From contig CBDDTI010000746.1 in the NCBI GenBank assembly GCA_965233585.1, positions 480,001 to 544,000 on the forward strand: DNA of 64,000 nt, read 5' to 3'. The stretch is from a bacterium (GTDB lineage Bacteria; SAR324; NAC60-12). A program made the position numbers and the translations under genes. Positions 9,845 through 19,800 of the stretch are shown here, piece after piece. A model generated the notes under the pieces. The model was not told the DNA's origin and did no database searches. It saw nothing but the letters and a program-made list of their open reading frames with translations. Within the stretch, counting starts at the first letter, position 1. Every line of letters starts with the position of its first letter.

Positions 9845-10560
9845 CAGATTGCGGAACAAGGTGAGCAATGACCAAATGCAACCCAGCAAAATCCTCTCGT
9901 CATTCTGCACTTGATGCGGAATCTTAAATTCCCTCCGTCATTCCGTGCTTGACACGGAATCTATCACCAAACCAAGCACAGATTCCTACATGACTGGATT
10001 CCTGCCCCTGTTTTCACAGGGGGGACGTTCTTTCGCTCCGAATGACAGCTATTGTCATTCCGCATTTGATGCGGAATCTCTTTTTTTTCTAAACTACCCC
10101 GTCAAATCTTAACGGATTTGCCACCCCTTCACTGAAGGGGAATTGAAATTGAGAAAAGTGAAGAAAGAAAGTTGAGATTGCGGGTCAAGCCCGCAATGAC
10201 GAAAAGATAAGACTGCAACACTCCCGTCATTCCGCACTTGATGCGGAATCTCAAAAACAAAAGGAGATTCCTGCTTCCGCTCCGAATGACAAAGAAGGAG
10301 GCAAGACCGCAACACTCACGTCATTTCGTGCCTCTCTTTGCCATTCCGCACTTGATGCGGAATCTCAAAAACAAAAGGAGATTGCGGGTCAAGCCCGCAA
10401 TGACGGCTTTCAAGGTGAGCAATGACAGGGAAGTGAGAAAAAGACAAGAGAGATTGCGGGTCAAGGTGAGCAATGACTAAGTTCAAGGTCAGCAATGACG
10501 AAAAGACAAGTCTGCCAACTCTCTTCGTCATTCCGTGCTTGATGCGGAATCTCAAAAAAA
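9845..10560. repeat. REP-like repeat cluster
   Basis: Same palindromic families. Confidence 0.88.
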
Positions 10561-10698
10561 GTGGTTGTTGGCAAAAAGACAAGGGGGGTTGCTGGCAAGC
10601 GAAGCCTGACGGGGTCGTTTGGAAAAAAAGAGATGGCGGGTCAAGCCAGCGGTAGGTCTTTCAATGACACTAAAAGGGCATTGAAAGAGGCTACCGAG

Positions 10699-10833
10699 CT
10701 ACGGCTCTACCATGTCTTCTTGATGTTGAGAAGACAGGCGGTATCCTGCATTTTTTCCCATCTGATAGGCGATATTTGCAGTGACAGCAATCAAAACGGC
10801 GATTGCCACAATATGAAGGGCAAGAAGCATCAT
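10699..10833 (-). CDS. Small (44 aa) single-TM hypothetical protein, not in the ORF track
   Basis: MMLLALHIVAIAVLIAVTANIAYQMGKNAGYRLSSQHQEDMVEP*, 30 bp downstream of the TerB-like gene on the same strand. Confidence 0.45.
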   Translation of the reverse strand: MMLLALHIVAIAVLIAVTANIAYQMGKNAGYRLSSQHQEDMVEP

Positions 10834-10863
10834 AAAATACTTTTTGATGGAAAGATGAAAAGT

Positions 10864-11277
10864 TTAAGTAACACTTTGTTGGAGACGTTGAAGCATTTCA
10901 TTGACCTTGCTTTTAATAAATGACGCATCAACAACTTGGTCTTTAAAATAGGGGTGTGTGTCAGGGTCAATAGACAAATGTTTCATGATTTTTTTGATAA
11001 ATTGTTGTTCTACCTCACAAAGTTCCCCATCTGCACAGGCAGTGAACACGAGGACATCAACCAAAAGTTGTTTACTTTCTTTGGACTTTAAGCCTTCCAA
11101 AGCATGAGACAAAGAAATTTTTTGCTGGATTTGCTGTAATTCATCTTGACTCACTTGAAGTGCTTTTAGCATAGCTTTCAATGCGTCAACTTCTGGTTGA
11201 TCCAACTTCCCATCTGTCTTTGCAACATGACGGGCAATGAAAATGATACTTAAAAATTGTTCTCTAGTGATACTCAT
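10864..11277 (-). CDS. TerB-like (tellurite resistance family) protein
   Basis: Twice-repeated A..DG.l...E motif (AKTDGKLDQPE, ACADGELCEVE). Confidence 0.75.
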   Translation of the reverse strand: MSITREQFLSIIFIARHVAKTDGKLDQPEVDALKAMLKALQVSQDELQQIQQKISLSHALEGLKSKESKQLLVDVLVFTACADGELCEVEQQFIKKIMKHLSIDPDTHPYFKDQVVDASFIKSKVNEMLQRLQQSVT

Positions 11278-11364
11278 TTCAAGATATAATTGATTTTTTA
11301 CTTAACACCTGATGTAAACTTCGTTATCATCTTCTGGCACAGAGTTTTTTTGCCTTCACAATCC

Positions 11365-13692
11365 ATGAGTCACCCAGTTTACCCTATTTTACTAATCGGT
11401 CAAGATGCCCAGACACAAAATTGGGTAGAGCGTCTTGCTAAGGAGCAATTTAGTATCTCTAAAAGTAAAACGGCAATTGGGGGCTTGCAAAAAGCCATCA
11501 ACACACCAATCAGCCTGATTCTCTTTGACAGCGACCGCCAAGAATTGAGTGCAAATGAATTTTTGCAACAAATGCAAGACATCAATCTTTCTATCCCTGT
11601 CATTACTCTCACCTCCAGTTCAGACGTCGCAAAGTCCAATAGCACCAACGGTGTGTTACACAAACCTTTTTCCCAGACAGATCTTTACAACCATCTCAGC
11701 AATTTTTTTAAGAAACAAGAGGAGACGATTCGCAAAGAAGTTCAGAAAGGGAAACCCTTACCTGATATCAAAGAATCTGAAATCATGGTCGGTTTTCGCA
11801 AGCCTGCAAACATTTACAAGATTAGCAAGCAAGGAATGGTCTTGTCTTTACCTACTGAAATTCGTCCAGACTCCAGACTTCTTTTCAAAGGCGCCCCTCT
11901 TTATGAGCAGATGGGGATTGACAACATTAAGTCTAACCGTATTGAAATGCTTGTCACAGAATGCGCACCCACCATTCAAAATCGCTTCAAAGTCGTCTCA
12001 AAATTCACCGATACAGGCTTCACCGATTCAGAAAAGAAAATACTTGATGAATACATTGAACGATACGCCAGTAAGGTTGCTCTCGCCTCAAAAAATCATG
12101 GCAGTATTTTAATTTTTGGCACAGGAGAAGGCTATTACGATTCTTACCGCTTTTATTTTGAAGGAAGTCCGTATAAATTTCAATTTGCAGGCACTCCTGA
12201 AAAGGTTTTAAGTGAGATTCAATCCTCCACCATTGATGTTTTGATCATTGACTCTGACAATTTAGATGCCCGCATTACATCACTTCTTGATTCGTTTCAA
12301 AAACAAAAAAGGAGGCTTCCTATCATTTTGGTCACAGGGGATCAAAATCAAAATGCCATCGCTCAGGTGGCAACTTTAGTCCAAGACCTCATTATCAAGC
12401 CAATCAACGGAAAAATGTTGCTCCAACGTCTGGCAAAAGTTCGGAAACGTTGGGAGTTTGAAGAGCAGGTGCAAAAAAAAATTGGAGCAAGTGTTGGGGT
12501 GAGTATTGAGACCAAAATCTTGGTGGTTTTTAAGGATCAAGCAGTCATTCAAAGAATCAGAAATAATGGATTATTGCTTTACAAAGAACAAGCCATTATT
12601 CCAACAACAACTATCTACTTTCGTGCGAATGAGTTTTTTCAGCTGCTCAGCGTTCAGTCCAAAAATATGACGCATATTGAGTTAGAAGTTGTCAGCTGCC
12701 AATATGATTTAGAAAAAAAACTTTATCGCGTCATTGCAAATTTTAAAGAAATTAGCGACCACTTGGTGCAAGCAGTCCAAGACTTTTTAAGTGGAAAACT
12801 GATGCCCGGTGCAACGCTTGCTGAACCTGAAACGACTACGCAAGAAGACATGCTTGATGCCATTCCTGATGCACCAGATACACCAGACGAAAAAGCAAAA
12901 GAGGAAGACTCTGGAGGGTGGCTGTTCTTGAAAGAACCAGAAGAAGAAGAGGAAGACTCTGGAGGTTGGCTGTTCTTGAAAGAACCAGAAGAAGAGGAGG
13001 AAGAAGATGACCCTATACTTCCACCACCGCCCCAAGAACAGGAAGCATCAAATTTAGAGACGATACAACATGAACAGCCAGAAGGCGTGAAATGGGACGT
13101 CAGCCAAAAAGAAGAGTCAGAACCTGAAGAAGCCCCCTTTATCATTCCCCCAAAACCCAAAATACAACAATACTCTCTTTCAGACCTTGTCAGGGAGCTT
13201 CCTCAATGCCAAGTGCAAAGTCTTAAAAGTCTTCATTTTAGCGATGAGTTTTTCTCAGAAGATGAAGACTCTTACACTTCACAGCTCAAGATGCAGCGTG
13301 GACAAATTCATGCTCACAAAGCTAAACTGCAACAAGTTGCCCAAAAATACCTTGGCTCCAATCCAGATTTTTACAAACAGCGGTTCAATACCAAATTAGT
13401 AACACAAGAACGTGCGGCAGTGCTTCATGTGTTTAGTGAGCAACTGGAATGTTTCATGTTGATTGGTGCAACACTCAAAACTGTCCCAAAAGGCATGGGA
13501 ATTTCTGCAAGTTTGGCTGAAGACTCTTATGAATACACTCCTTATTACTTGATTGGAGTCCCCAAACCGCAACATGTGGACTTTGGAGTTGCTTTTGAAA
13601 CGAGGTCGTTCATGGACCGTGAAGTCGCCATCTGCTCACCAACCAACAAAGACGTTGGTCAAATTTTACCAGACCTCTTGAAATTGCTATGA
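11365..13692 (+). CDS. Multidomain response-regulator-like protein (two receiver domains, acidic linker)
   Basis: LILFD...IPVITLT...HKPF and VLIID...LPIILVTG...IKPI receiver patterns; Glu/Pro-rich linker. Confidence 0.7.
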   Translation: MSHPVYPILLIGQDAQTQNWVERLAKEQFSISKSKTAIGGLQKAINTPISLILFDSDRQELSANEFLQQMQDINLSIPVITLTSSSDVAKSNSTNGVLHKPFSQTDLYNHLSNFFKKQEETIRKEVQKGKPLPDIKESEIMVGFRKPANIYKISKQGMVLSLPTEIRPDSRLLFKGAPLYEQMGIDNIKSNRIEMLVTECAPTIQNRFKVVSKFTDTGFTDSEKKILDEYIERYASKVALASKNHGSILIFGTGEGYYDSYRFYFEGSPYKFQFAGTPEKVLSEIQSSTIDVLIIDSDNLDARITSLLDSFQKQKRRLPIILVTGDQNQNAIAQVATLVQDLIIKPINGKMLLQRLAKVRKRWEFEEQVQKKIGASVGVSIETKILVVFKDQAVIQRIRNNGLLLYKEQAIIPTTTIYFRANEFFQLLSVQSKNMTHIELEVVSCQYDLEKKLYRVIANFKEISDHLVQAVQDFLSGKLMPGATLAEPETTTQEDMLDAIPDAPDTPDEKAKEEDSGGWLFLKEPEEEEEDSGGWLFLKEPEEEEEEDDPILPPPPQEQEASNLETIQHEQPEGVKWDVSQKEESEPEEAPFIIPPKPKIQQYSLSDLVRELPQCQVQSLKSLHFSDEFFSEDEDSYTSQLKMQRGQIHAHKAKLQQVAQKYLGSNPDFYKQRFNTKLVTQERAAVLHVFSEQLECFMLIGATLKTVPKGMGISASLAEDSYEYTPYYLIGVPKPQHVDFGVAFETRSFMDREVAICSPTNKDVGQILPDLLKLL

Positions 13693-15569
13693 CAGAGGAA
13701 GAACCACTTCCACTGCAAAGAAAGCTCCAAAGCCTGCCTGACCTGCCGGGCGTTTACCTTTACAAAAACAAAGAAGGTGAAGACCTTTACATTGGCAAAG
13801 CCAAGTCTCTCAAAAAACGGGTCAAGTCTTATTTTTATTCTGCCCAAAGTTTGCGGATTCGTATCATGCTAGCTTTAGCTTATGATTTAGAAGTCATTGT
13901 GACCCACTCTGAAGCTGAAGCATTGGCATTGGAAGCCAAATTGATTCAAACCCACCAACCACGTTACAACATTGCACTCAAAGATGACAAAAGTTATCCC
14001 TACTTCAAATTGACAACCAACGAACTCTTTCCACGACTGCTCATCGTCCGCGAAAAGTTTGAGAAAGGTGCAGAGTATTACGGTCCTTTCACTTCTGTTG
14101 ATGATGCTCGCTTCCTTTGGCAAATCATTCAAAAAAACTTCATGCTCCGTCATAAAAAGCTGAAACTAGATGGCACAAAAACCTACCGTCCTTGCATCAA
14201 TTTTCAACTAGAACGATGCCTTGCCCCTTGCCGTGGACAGGTTTCTACTGAAACCTACTTGCAAGAAGTGCGAAAAGTCAAAATGTTTCTTCAGGGCAAA
14301 CATCAGCCATTGATCCAGCTCTTAGAGTCTCAAATGTATGCGGCATCAAAAAAGCTAAAATTTGAACATGCTGCCAAACTACGCAATCAAATCAGAATCA
14401 TTCAAAAGACTTTAAAGTCAGACATCATCAAAGCATCAGACCATCAATGTAGTGATGTGTTGGGGTTTCATCGTCAACTAGGCAGTGCCTGCGTGACTGT
14501 GTTGTTTCTGCGTTATGGCAAGCTGTTGTCTCTTGATGCCATCTACTTTGATGCTGTGGAACAGGTCAGCGATGCGAATTTACTGGGTCAAGCACTCAAC
14601 CGTTTATATACGGCAGACCATTCCTTCGTTCCCCAAAAAATCTTATTACCTATGACATACACCGATGCCATACCTCTAGCCCAAGAACTGAGCCAACACA
14701 AAGTCAAAATTCTCACTCCCAAACGGGGCGTCAACATGGACTTTGTGAAAATGGCAAATGCCAATGCTGTGCAAAAGCTCAATGAACATCACAATCAACA
14801 GCATCAAATTGAATCGCTTTTGCAAAAAACGCAAACGGAGTTGCGTCTTAAACGACTGCCCCGCATTGTGGAGGCATTTGACATTTCTAACACATCAGGC
14901 ATGGATTCTGTTGGGTGTATGGTGCGTTGGGAAGATAACAAGGCATGTAAAAAACAATATCGCACCTTTCAAATCCGCACAGTGACAGGACCAGATGACT
15001 TTGCCTCTATGTATGAGGTCATCAAAAGACGTTATGCAAGATTGTTGAGTGAACAAACCCCAACATTTCCTGATTTGATTTTGATAGATGGCGGACGTGG
15101 ACAACTCCATTCATCGGTGAAAGCCCTGAAAGATTTGGGTCTCAAGATAGAAACATTGGACGTTCTTGGTCTGGCAAAAGGACGCACAGAACGCAAGAGA
15201 AAAAGGCATCAACCAACAGAATATGACTTTGAATACTTGCTGAAACCTTCACAAAAAGATCAAATCAAATTAACCAAATCTTCTGTTGCCATGTCTTACT
15301 TCAAAGCCATTCGCGATGAAGTGCATCGTTTTTCAGTTAAAAACCATCGTCAATTAAGGCAAAAAAAAGGCTTTTCCTCGCCATTAGAACATGTGCCTCA
15401 TATTGGGAAGAAACGACGTCAACTCCTTCTTAAACACTTTGGCAGTATCAAAGCCGTTCAAAAAGCGTCGCTGGAACAACTACAAACCATCTTACCTAAA
15501 CATGCGGCAGAAAATCTGATTCATTATTTTAAAATGTGTGATAAGGTGTCTGGTGCATCACACTTTTGA
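13689..15569 (+). CDS. uvrC: Excinuclease ABC subunit C
   Basis: PGVY...YIGKAKSLKKRVKSYF, LKDDKSYPY, EAFDISN, DGGRGQ, RDEVHRF, C-terminal HhH. Confidence 0.97.
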   Translation: MTEEEPLPLQRKLQSLPDLPGVYLYKNKEGEDLYIGKAKSLKKRVKSYFYSAQSLRIRIMLALAYDLEVIVTHSEAEALALEAKLIQTHQPRYNIALKDDKSYPYFKLTTNELFPRLLIVREKFEKGAEYYGPFTSVDDARFLWQIIQKNFMLRHKKLKLDGTKTYRPCINFQLERCLAPCRGQVSTETYLQEVRKVKMFLQGKHQPLIQLLESQMYAASKKLKFEHAAKLRNQIRIIQKTLKSDIIKASDHQCSDVLGFHRQLGSACVTVLFLRYGKLLSLDAIYFDAVEQVSDANLLGQALNRLYTADHSFVPQKILLPMTYTDAIPLAQELSQHKVKILTPKRGVNMDFVKMANANAVQKLNEHHNQQHQIESLLQKTQTELRLKRLPRIVEAFDISNTSGMDSVGCMVRWEDNKACKKQYRTFQIRTVTGPDDFASMYEVIKRRYARLLSEQTPTFPDLILIDGGRGQLHSSVKALKDLGLKIETLDVLGLAKGRTERKRKRHQPTEYDFEYLLKPSQKDQIKLTKSSVAMSYFKAIRDEVHRFSVKNHRQLRQKKGFSSPLEHVPHIGKKRRQLLLKHFGSIKAVQKASLEQLQTILPKHAAENLIHYFKMCDKVSGASHF

Positions 15570-15636
15570 AAAAATTTGAAAAATCAAAATGATTTTCATC
15601 TCCTTGCTTTTTTAACCTCATTTTTAATGGAATTTT

Positions 15637-16764
15637 ATGAATGCACAAATTTTAACAACACATGTTGGGAGCTTGCCACGTTCTGAAGAAGTCACAAAAC
15701 TCATCTTTGCCAAAGAAAAGTCAGAACACGTTGATGAAAATCAGTTTCATCAAATCATTGAACAGGCTGTTGATGAGGTCATTGCCAAGCAAGTCCAAGC
15801 AGGGATTGACATTGTCAGCGATGGTGAGATGAGCAAAATCAGTTATGCCACTTACATCAAAGACCGCATCACAGGATTTGCAGGAGACAGCCCCAGAGTC
15901 CCCCCAAAAGATTTAGAAGACTTCCCTAAATTTCTTGAAAAACAAGCCAAGTCTGGAGGCACGCCAACTTATTCCAAACCTTGTTGTGTGGACAAGATTC
16001 AAATCAAAGATGCTGAACCTGTGAAGCAAGACTTGAGTCGTTTTCAAAAAGCGATTGATAAACACCAGCCTCAAGGTGCATTTATGAACGCCGCCTCCCC
16101 AGGTGTCATTGCTCTCTTTTTGCCAAATCAATATTATTCCTCACAAGATGACTATTTGGAGGCATTGGCAGAATCCATGCGTTTTGAATATGAAGCTATT
16201 GTCAATGCAGGGATTCTTTTGCAACTAGACTGCCCAGACATTGGTCTTGGACGGCACATGATGTTCAAAGATGAATCAGAGGCAAGCTATATTAAATTGG
16301 TTGAAAAACACATTGAAGTTTTAAATCATGCCTTAAGAAACATTCCTGCTGACCAAGTCAGATTTCACATCTGTTTTGGAAATTATGAAGGACCTCATCA
16401 TCACGATATTGCGATGGAGACGATGCTACCACTGGCTATGAAAATTGATGCAAGATATTTTTTGTTTGAATCTGCAAATCCACGACATGGACATGAATGG
16501 CAGGTGTTCCAAAAGGCAAGCCTCCCTGATGACAAAGTGCTAGTTCCCGGGGTCATTGATTCTACAACCAACTTTATTGAACACCCTCAACTTGTTGCAC
16601 AAAGACTGCAAAACTTCATTCAGGCGGTGGGAAAAGAGCGAGTGATGGCAGGAACAGATTGCGGATTTTCTACTTTTGCAGGATTTGGCAAGGTTGACCC
16701 AGACATCGTTTATGCCAAACTCCAAGCCTTGCGACAAGGTGCAGAACTCGCCAGCCAGCTTTAA
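15637..16764 (+). CDS. Cobalamin-independent methionine synthase II family protein (MetE C-terminal-like)
   Basis: TTHVGSLPR, SDGE, HICFGN, PGVID, TDCGF motifs. Confidence 0.9.
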   Translation: MNAQILTTHVGSLPRSEEVTKLIFAKEKSEHVDENQFHQIIEQAVDEVIAKQVQAGIDIVSDGEMSKISYATYIKDRITGFAGDSPRVPPKDLEDFPKFLEKQAKSGGTPTYSKPCCVDKIQIKDAEPVKQDLSRFQKAIDKHQPQGAFMNAASPGVIALFLPNQYYSSQDDYLEALAESMRFEYEAIVNAGILLQLDCPDIGLGRHMMFKDESEASYIKLVEKHIEVLNHALRNIPADQVRFHICFGNYEGPHHHDIAMETMLPLAMKIDARYFLFESANPRHGHEWQVFQKASLPDDKVLVPGVIDSTTNFIEHPQLVAQRLQNFIQAVGKERVMAGTDCGFSTFAGFGKVDPDIVYAKLQALRQGAELASQL

Positions 16765-16828
16765 AGGCAACATTCTGCGACACCCTGATTGTTTAACTTG
16801 TCTCTTCAGTTGACTGACTTGGTCAAGG

Positions 16829-19800
16829 TCAAGTAGATTTGACAGGTTCAATGATGAAAAGGAGGTCTCCACTTGTGACAGTCTGTGCATTTTCAGGGAA
16901 GATGCGGACAACCTTGTACTCTCCTTCAGGGTAAAGAATCTCAGTTTCAGTGTTGAACGAGGCAAGGGAGATTTCGCTGAACACCTTCATTGATTCCAGC
17001 AAACAAAGAGGGTCTTTGATTCCAACAACTTGGTCAGCTTCTACCAATGAGGGGTCTTCTGGATTGACAGAACGGTAAAAGGTTGCTGTCTGAGCAGCCA
17101 AGACCTTCAGCTCATTAGACTCATTAATCGTGATAGCAGAACGATTGATTTGTGAGCCACTTTCTCCTGCATCACGTTTGGTTTTTTTAATCAGCTTGGC
17201 AAAGTCAACACGTTTGAAAAAGCCATGAATGAAGTTGGTGTCATACGTTCCTGAATGAAAGACTTCATCAGCAAGCAAAGTTTTCATAAAAGCAAGGTTG
17301 GTAGAAATTCCAGTGATTTTGACATTTTTCAGGTATTTAGACAGCTTATCAATCGCCTCGGCTCTGGTCTGACCATGAGCAATGATTTGTGCAACCAAGC
17401 TGTCATAATAAGGAGGCACAAACGAATCGTCACCGATAGCGGCAAAGACTCTCACATCTTCTGACTTGGGAAATACTGCTTTTAAAACTTTGCCGGGGTC
17501 AGGGAGGAAGGCGACCGTTCCGTCAGACTTCAGGTCAATCCTTTCTGCAGTCATACGAAGTTCTATGGCGTGACCTTCATTTTTCGTTTTTAACGACGCA
17601 AGGCTTTTGCCTTCTGAAACTTCAATCTGTTTCTGGACCAAATCAATTCCTGCCGTCGCTTCTGTGACAGGGTGTTCTACTTGCAAACGTGTGTTCATCT
17701 CCATGAAATACACTTGCTCGTCAGTGAGGTCATAGATAAACTCCACCGTACCAACCCCAATGTAATTGATATGATTGGCAATTTTTGTGGAATAGCTTGC
17801 CAGTTCTTCTTGCAATGCTTTGTGGAGATTTGCAGATTCTTCAACAAGTTTCTGGTAATTGCGTTGAATGGAACAATCACGTATGCCGACAATATGACAA
17901 CTTTTTGAAGTATTTTTGCTATCACGAAGGATTTGCACCTCAATATGCCTCATGGAGGCAATGTATTTTTCAAGATACAAATCACCATTGCCAAAAGCAT
18001 TATAGGCTTCTTGGCTCATCTGCCTGAAGATAGAGACAAAAGATTCTTCTTTTTCAACAACTTGAATCCCTTTGCCTCCCCCTCCATGAGCGGCTTTGAT
18101 TAACACAGGGAAGCCGATGTTTTTTGCCACTTCTAATGCTTGTTGTGGGTCAGTCAACGCCCCATCGCTTCCCGGGACAACAGGAATCCCCAGCTCTTTT
18201 GCAGTAGAAATCGCATTGGTTTTGTTCCCCATACGTTCCATGTTCAATGCAGTTGGTCCAATGAAGCTGAGTTCATACTTACGGCAGATGGCGGCAAAAC
18301 GTGCAGACTCTGAAAGGAAGCCAATTCCTGGGTGCAAGGCATCTACTCCGTGTTTTTCTGCGATACGTATGACACTCATGGCATTAAGGTAGCTTTCTTG
18401 CGGCGTGTTGCCCCCAAGGCAAACCAGCTGGTCGTTCTCTTTCAAAAGCCGTGTGGGGTAGCTGTCCATGTCTGCATCAGACTGTACCAGCACAATCTCC
18501 TTGCCTGCATCATGGGCGGCATGAATCAAACGCGTTGCCGTGCAACCTCTGGCATGAATCAAAATGCGTTGAATGGGTCTAAAAAAGATGTTCTCTTCAA
18601 ACACTTGGTCTTTGGGTTCGTTCACTTCAAGACGTTGATATTGCCCTTGCAAAATTCTGCTGATGACCTCGTGAATGGTAAGTTTCGCAAGAGGAATTTC
18701 AGGGTCAATGGCAGACAGCTTGTCTCCAATGTTCTCATCAAAGGGATTTTGAACAAGACCCTCCATGCTTTCATGGTTGTCAGAAAGATAATCTGCAAGA
18801 ATGGAGTTCATCGGCAGGTGACTTTCTACCACCAACTGCCCTGCAAATGAAATCAACGCACCTGAAAGATAATACGTTTTTGCCAGACGATGCGTGACAA
18901 AACTGGCTTGCGCACCTCCCATGCAATCACGGAAGCCAAAGCAGATGACAGGCAAGTCATTGGTTTTGATGAAACGTGTCAGCCTGTCATTCATAATTGC
19001 CATGGAAAAGAGTGACCCCGGACCCTCTTTGGTTTGCATACCTCCTGAAGAAATAAAAAAGATGACAGGCAGTCTCTTTTGCGTACATTCTGCCAGCAAC
19101 ATGCAAACTTTTTCACAGCTTGCCATGTCAAAAGCACCTACTTGAAACAAGGTGTTACTCACAACCACACCGACCTCTTTTTCAAAGCCGTCGTCATGGT
19201 ATGTTGCAATGCCTGTCAAGACACCAGAGGGGGGAATGTTGTTTTTAATACTTTTGTCAATGGAATCCCTAAACCCCGGGAACTGCACAGGGTCAGCAGT
19301 CATTAAATTTTCATTCAATTCTTTAAAATCTTTGAAAGCATAGTCAATGATTTGCTGGGGGCTAATGGTTTGTTTTTTGTAGCTATTTAAGAGTTCTTGG
19401 ATTTGCAAATCTTTGTAAGCACGGTCTAGTTGCTGCCAAAAATTGTTGATGCCAATGTTGCGTGGGGCAATCGTTCCGTCAAATGTCCCCCCTCCTTCTG
19501 CAACAGACCAAGAAGGCAGCAGAGAAGAAAAATAATACCTTGCTAATCCAAACAAAGCAGGGTTCACACGTGGCAATGCCAGTTGCTTCCAACCGCTAAT
19601 CGTTTGCATGATGGCATCACAATTCTTGCGTGACACAAAGTTGGCAAGCCAGATGAAGAAATCTTCTCGCGACGTCTTTAAATCTACGGGGATAGAATGT
19701 TGCTCATACTTCTGCATCGCTTTTTGCAACGCAAGGTCAAACAGCTTGCCTACTGACTCTTGTGAGATAGAATTAGACTTGCAAAGTTCTGCGGCAATCA

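Noticed and set aside
10109..10655. Short ORFs inside repeat clusters (also 5153-5667, 8506-8891, 21377-22103, 24650-24862, 62460-62756)
   Set aside because: Translations such as IPHLMRN and RVKPAMT are just REP sequence.
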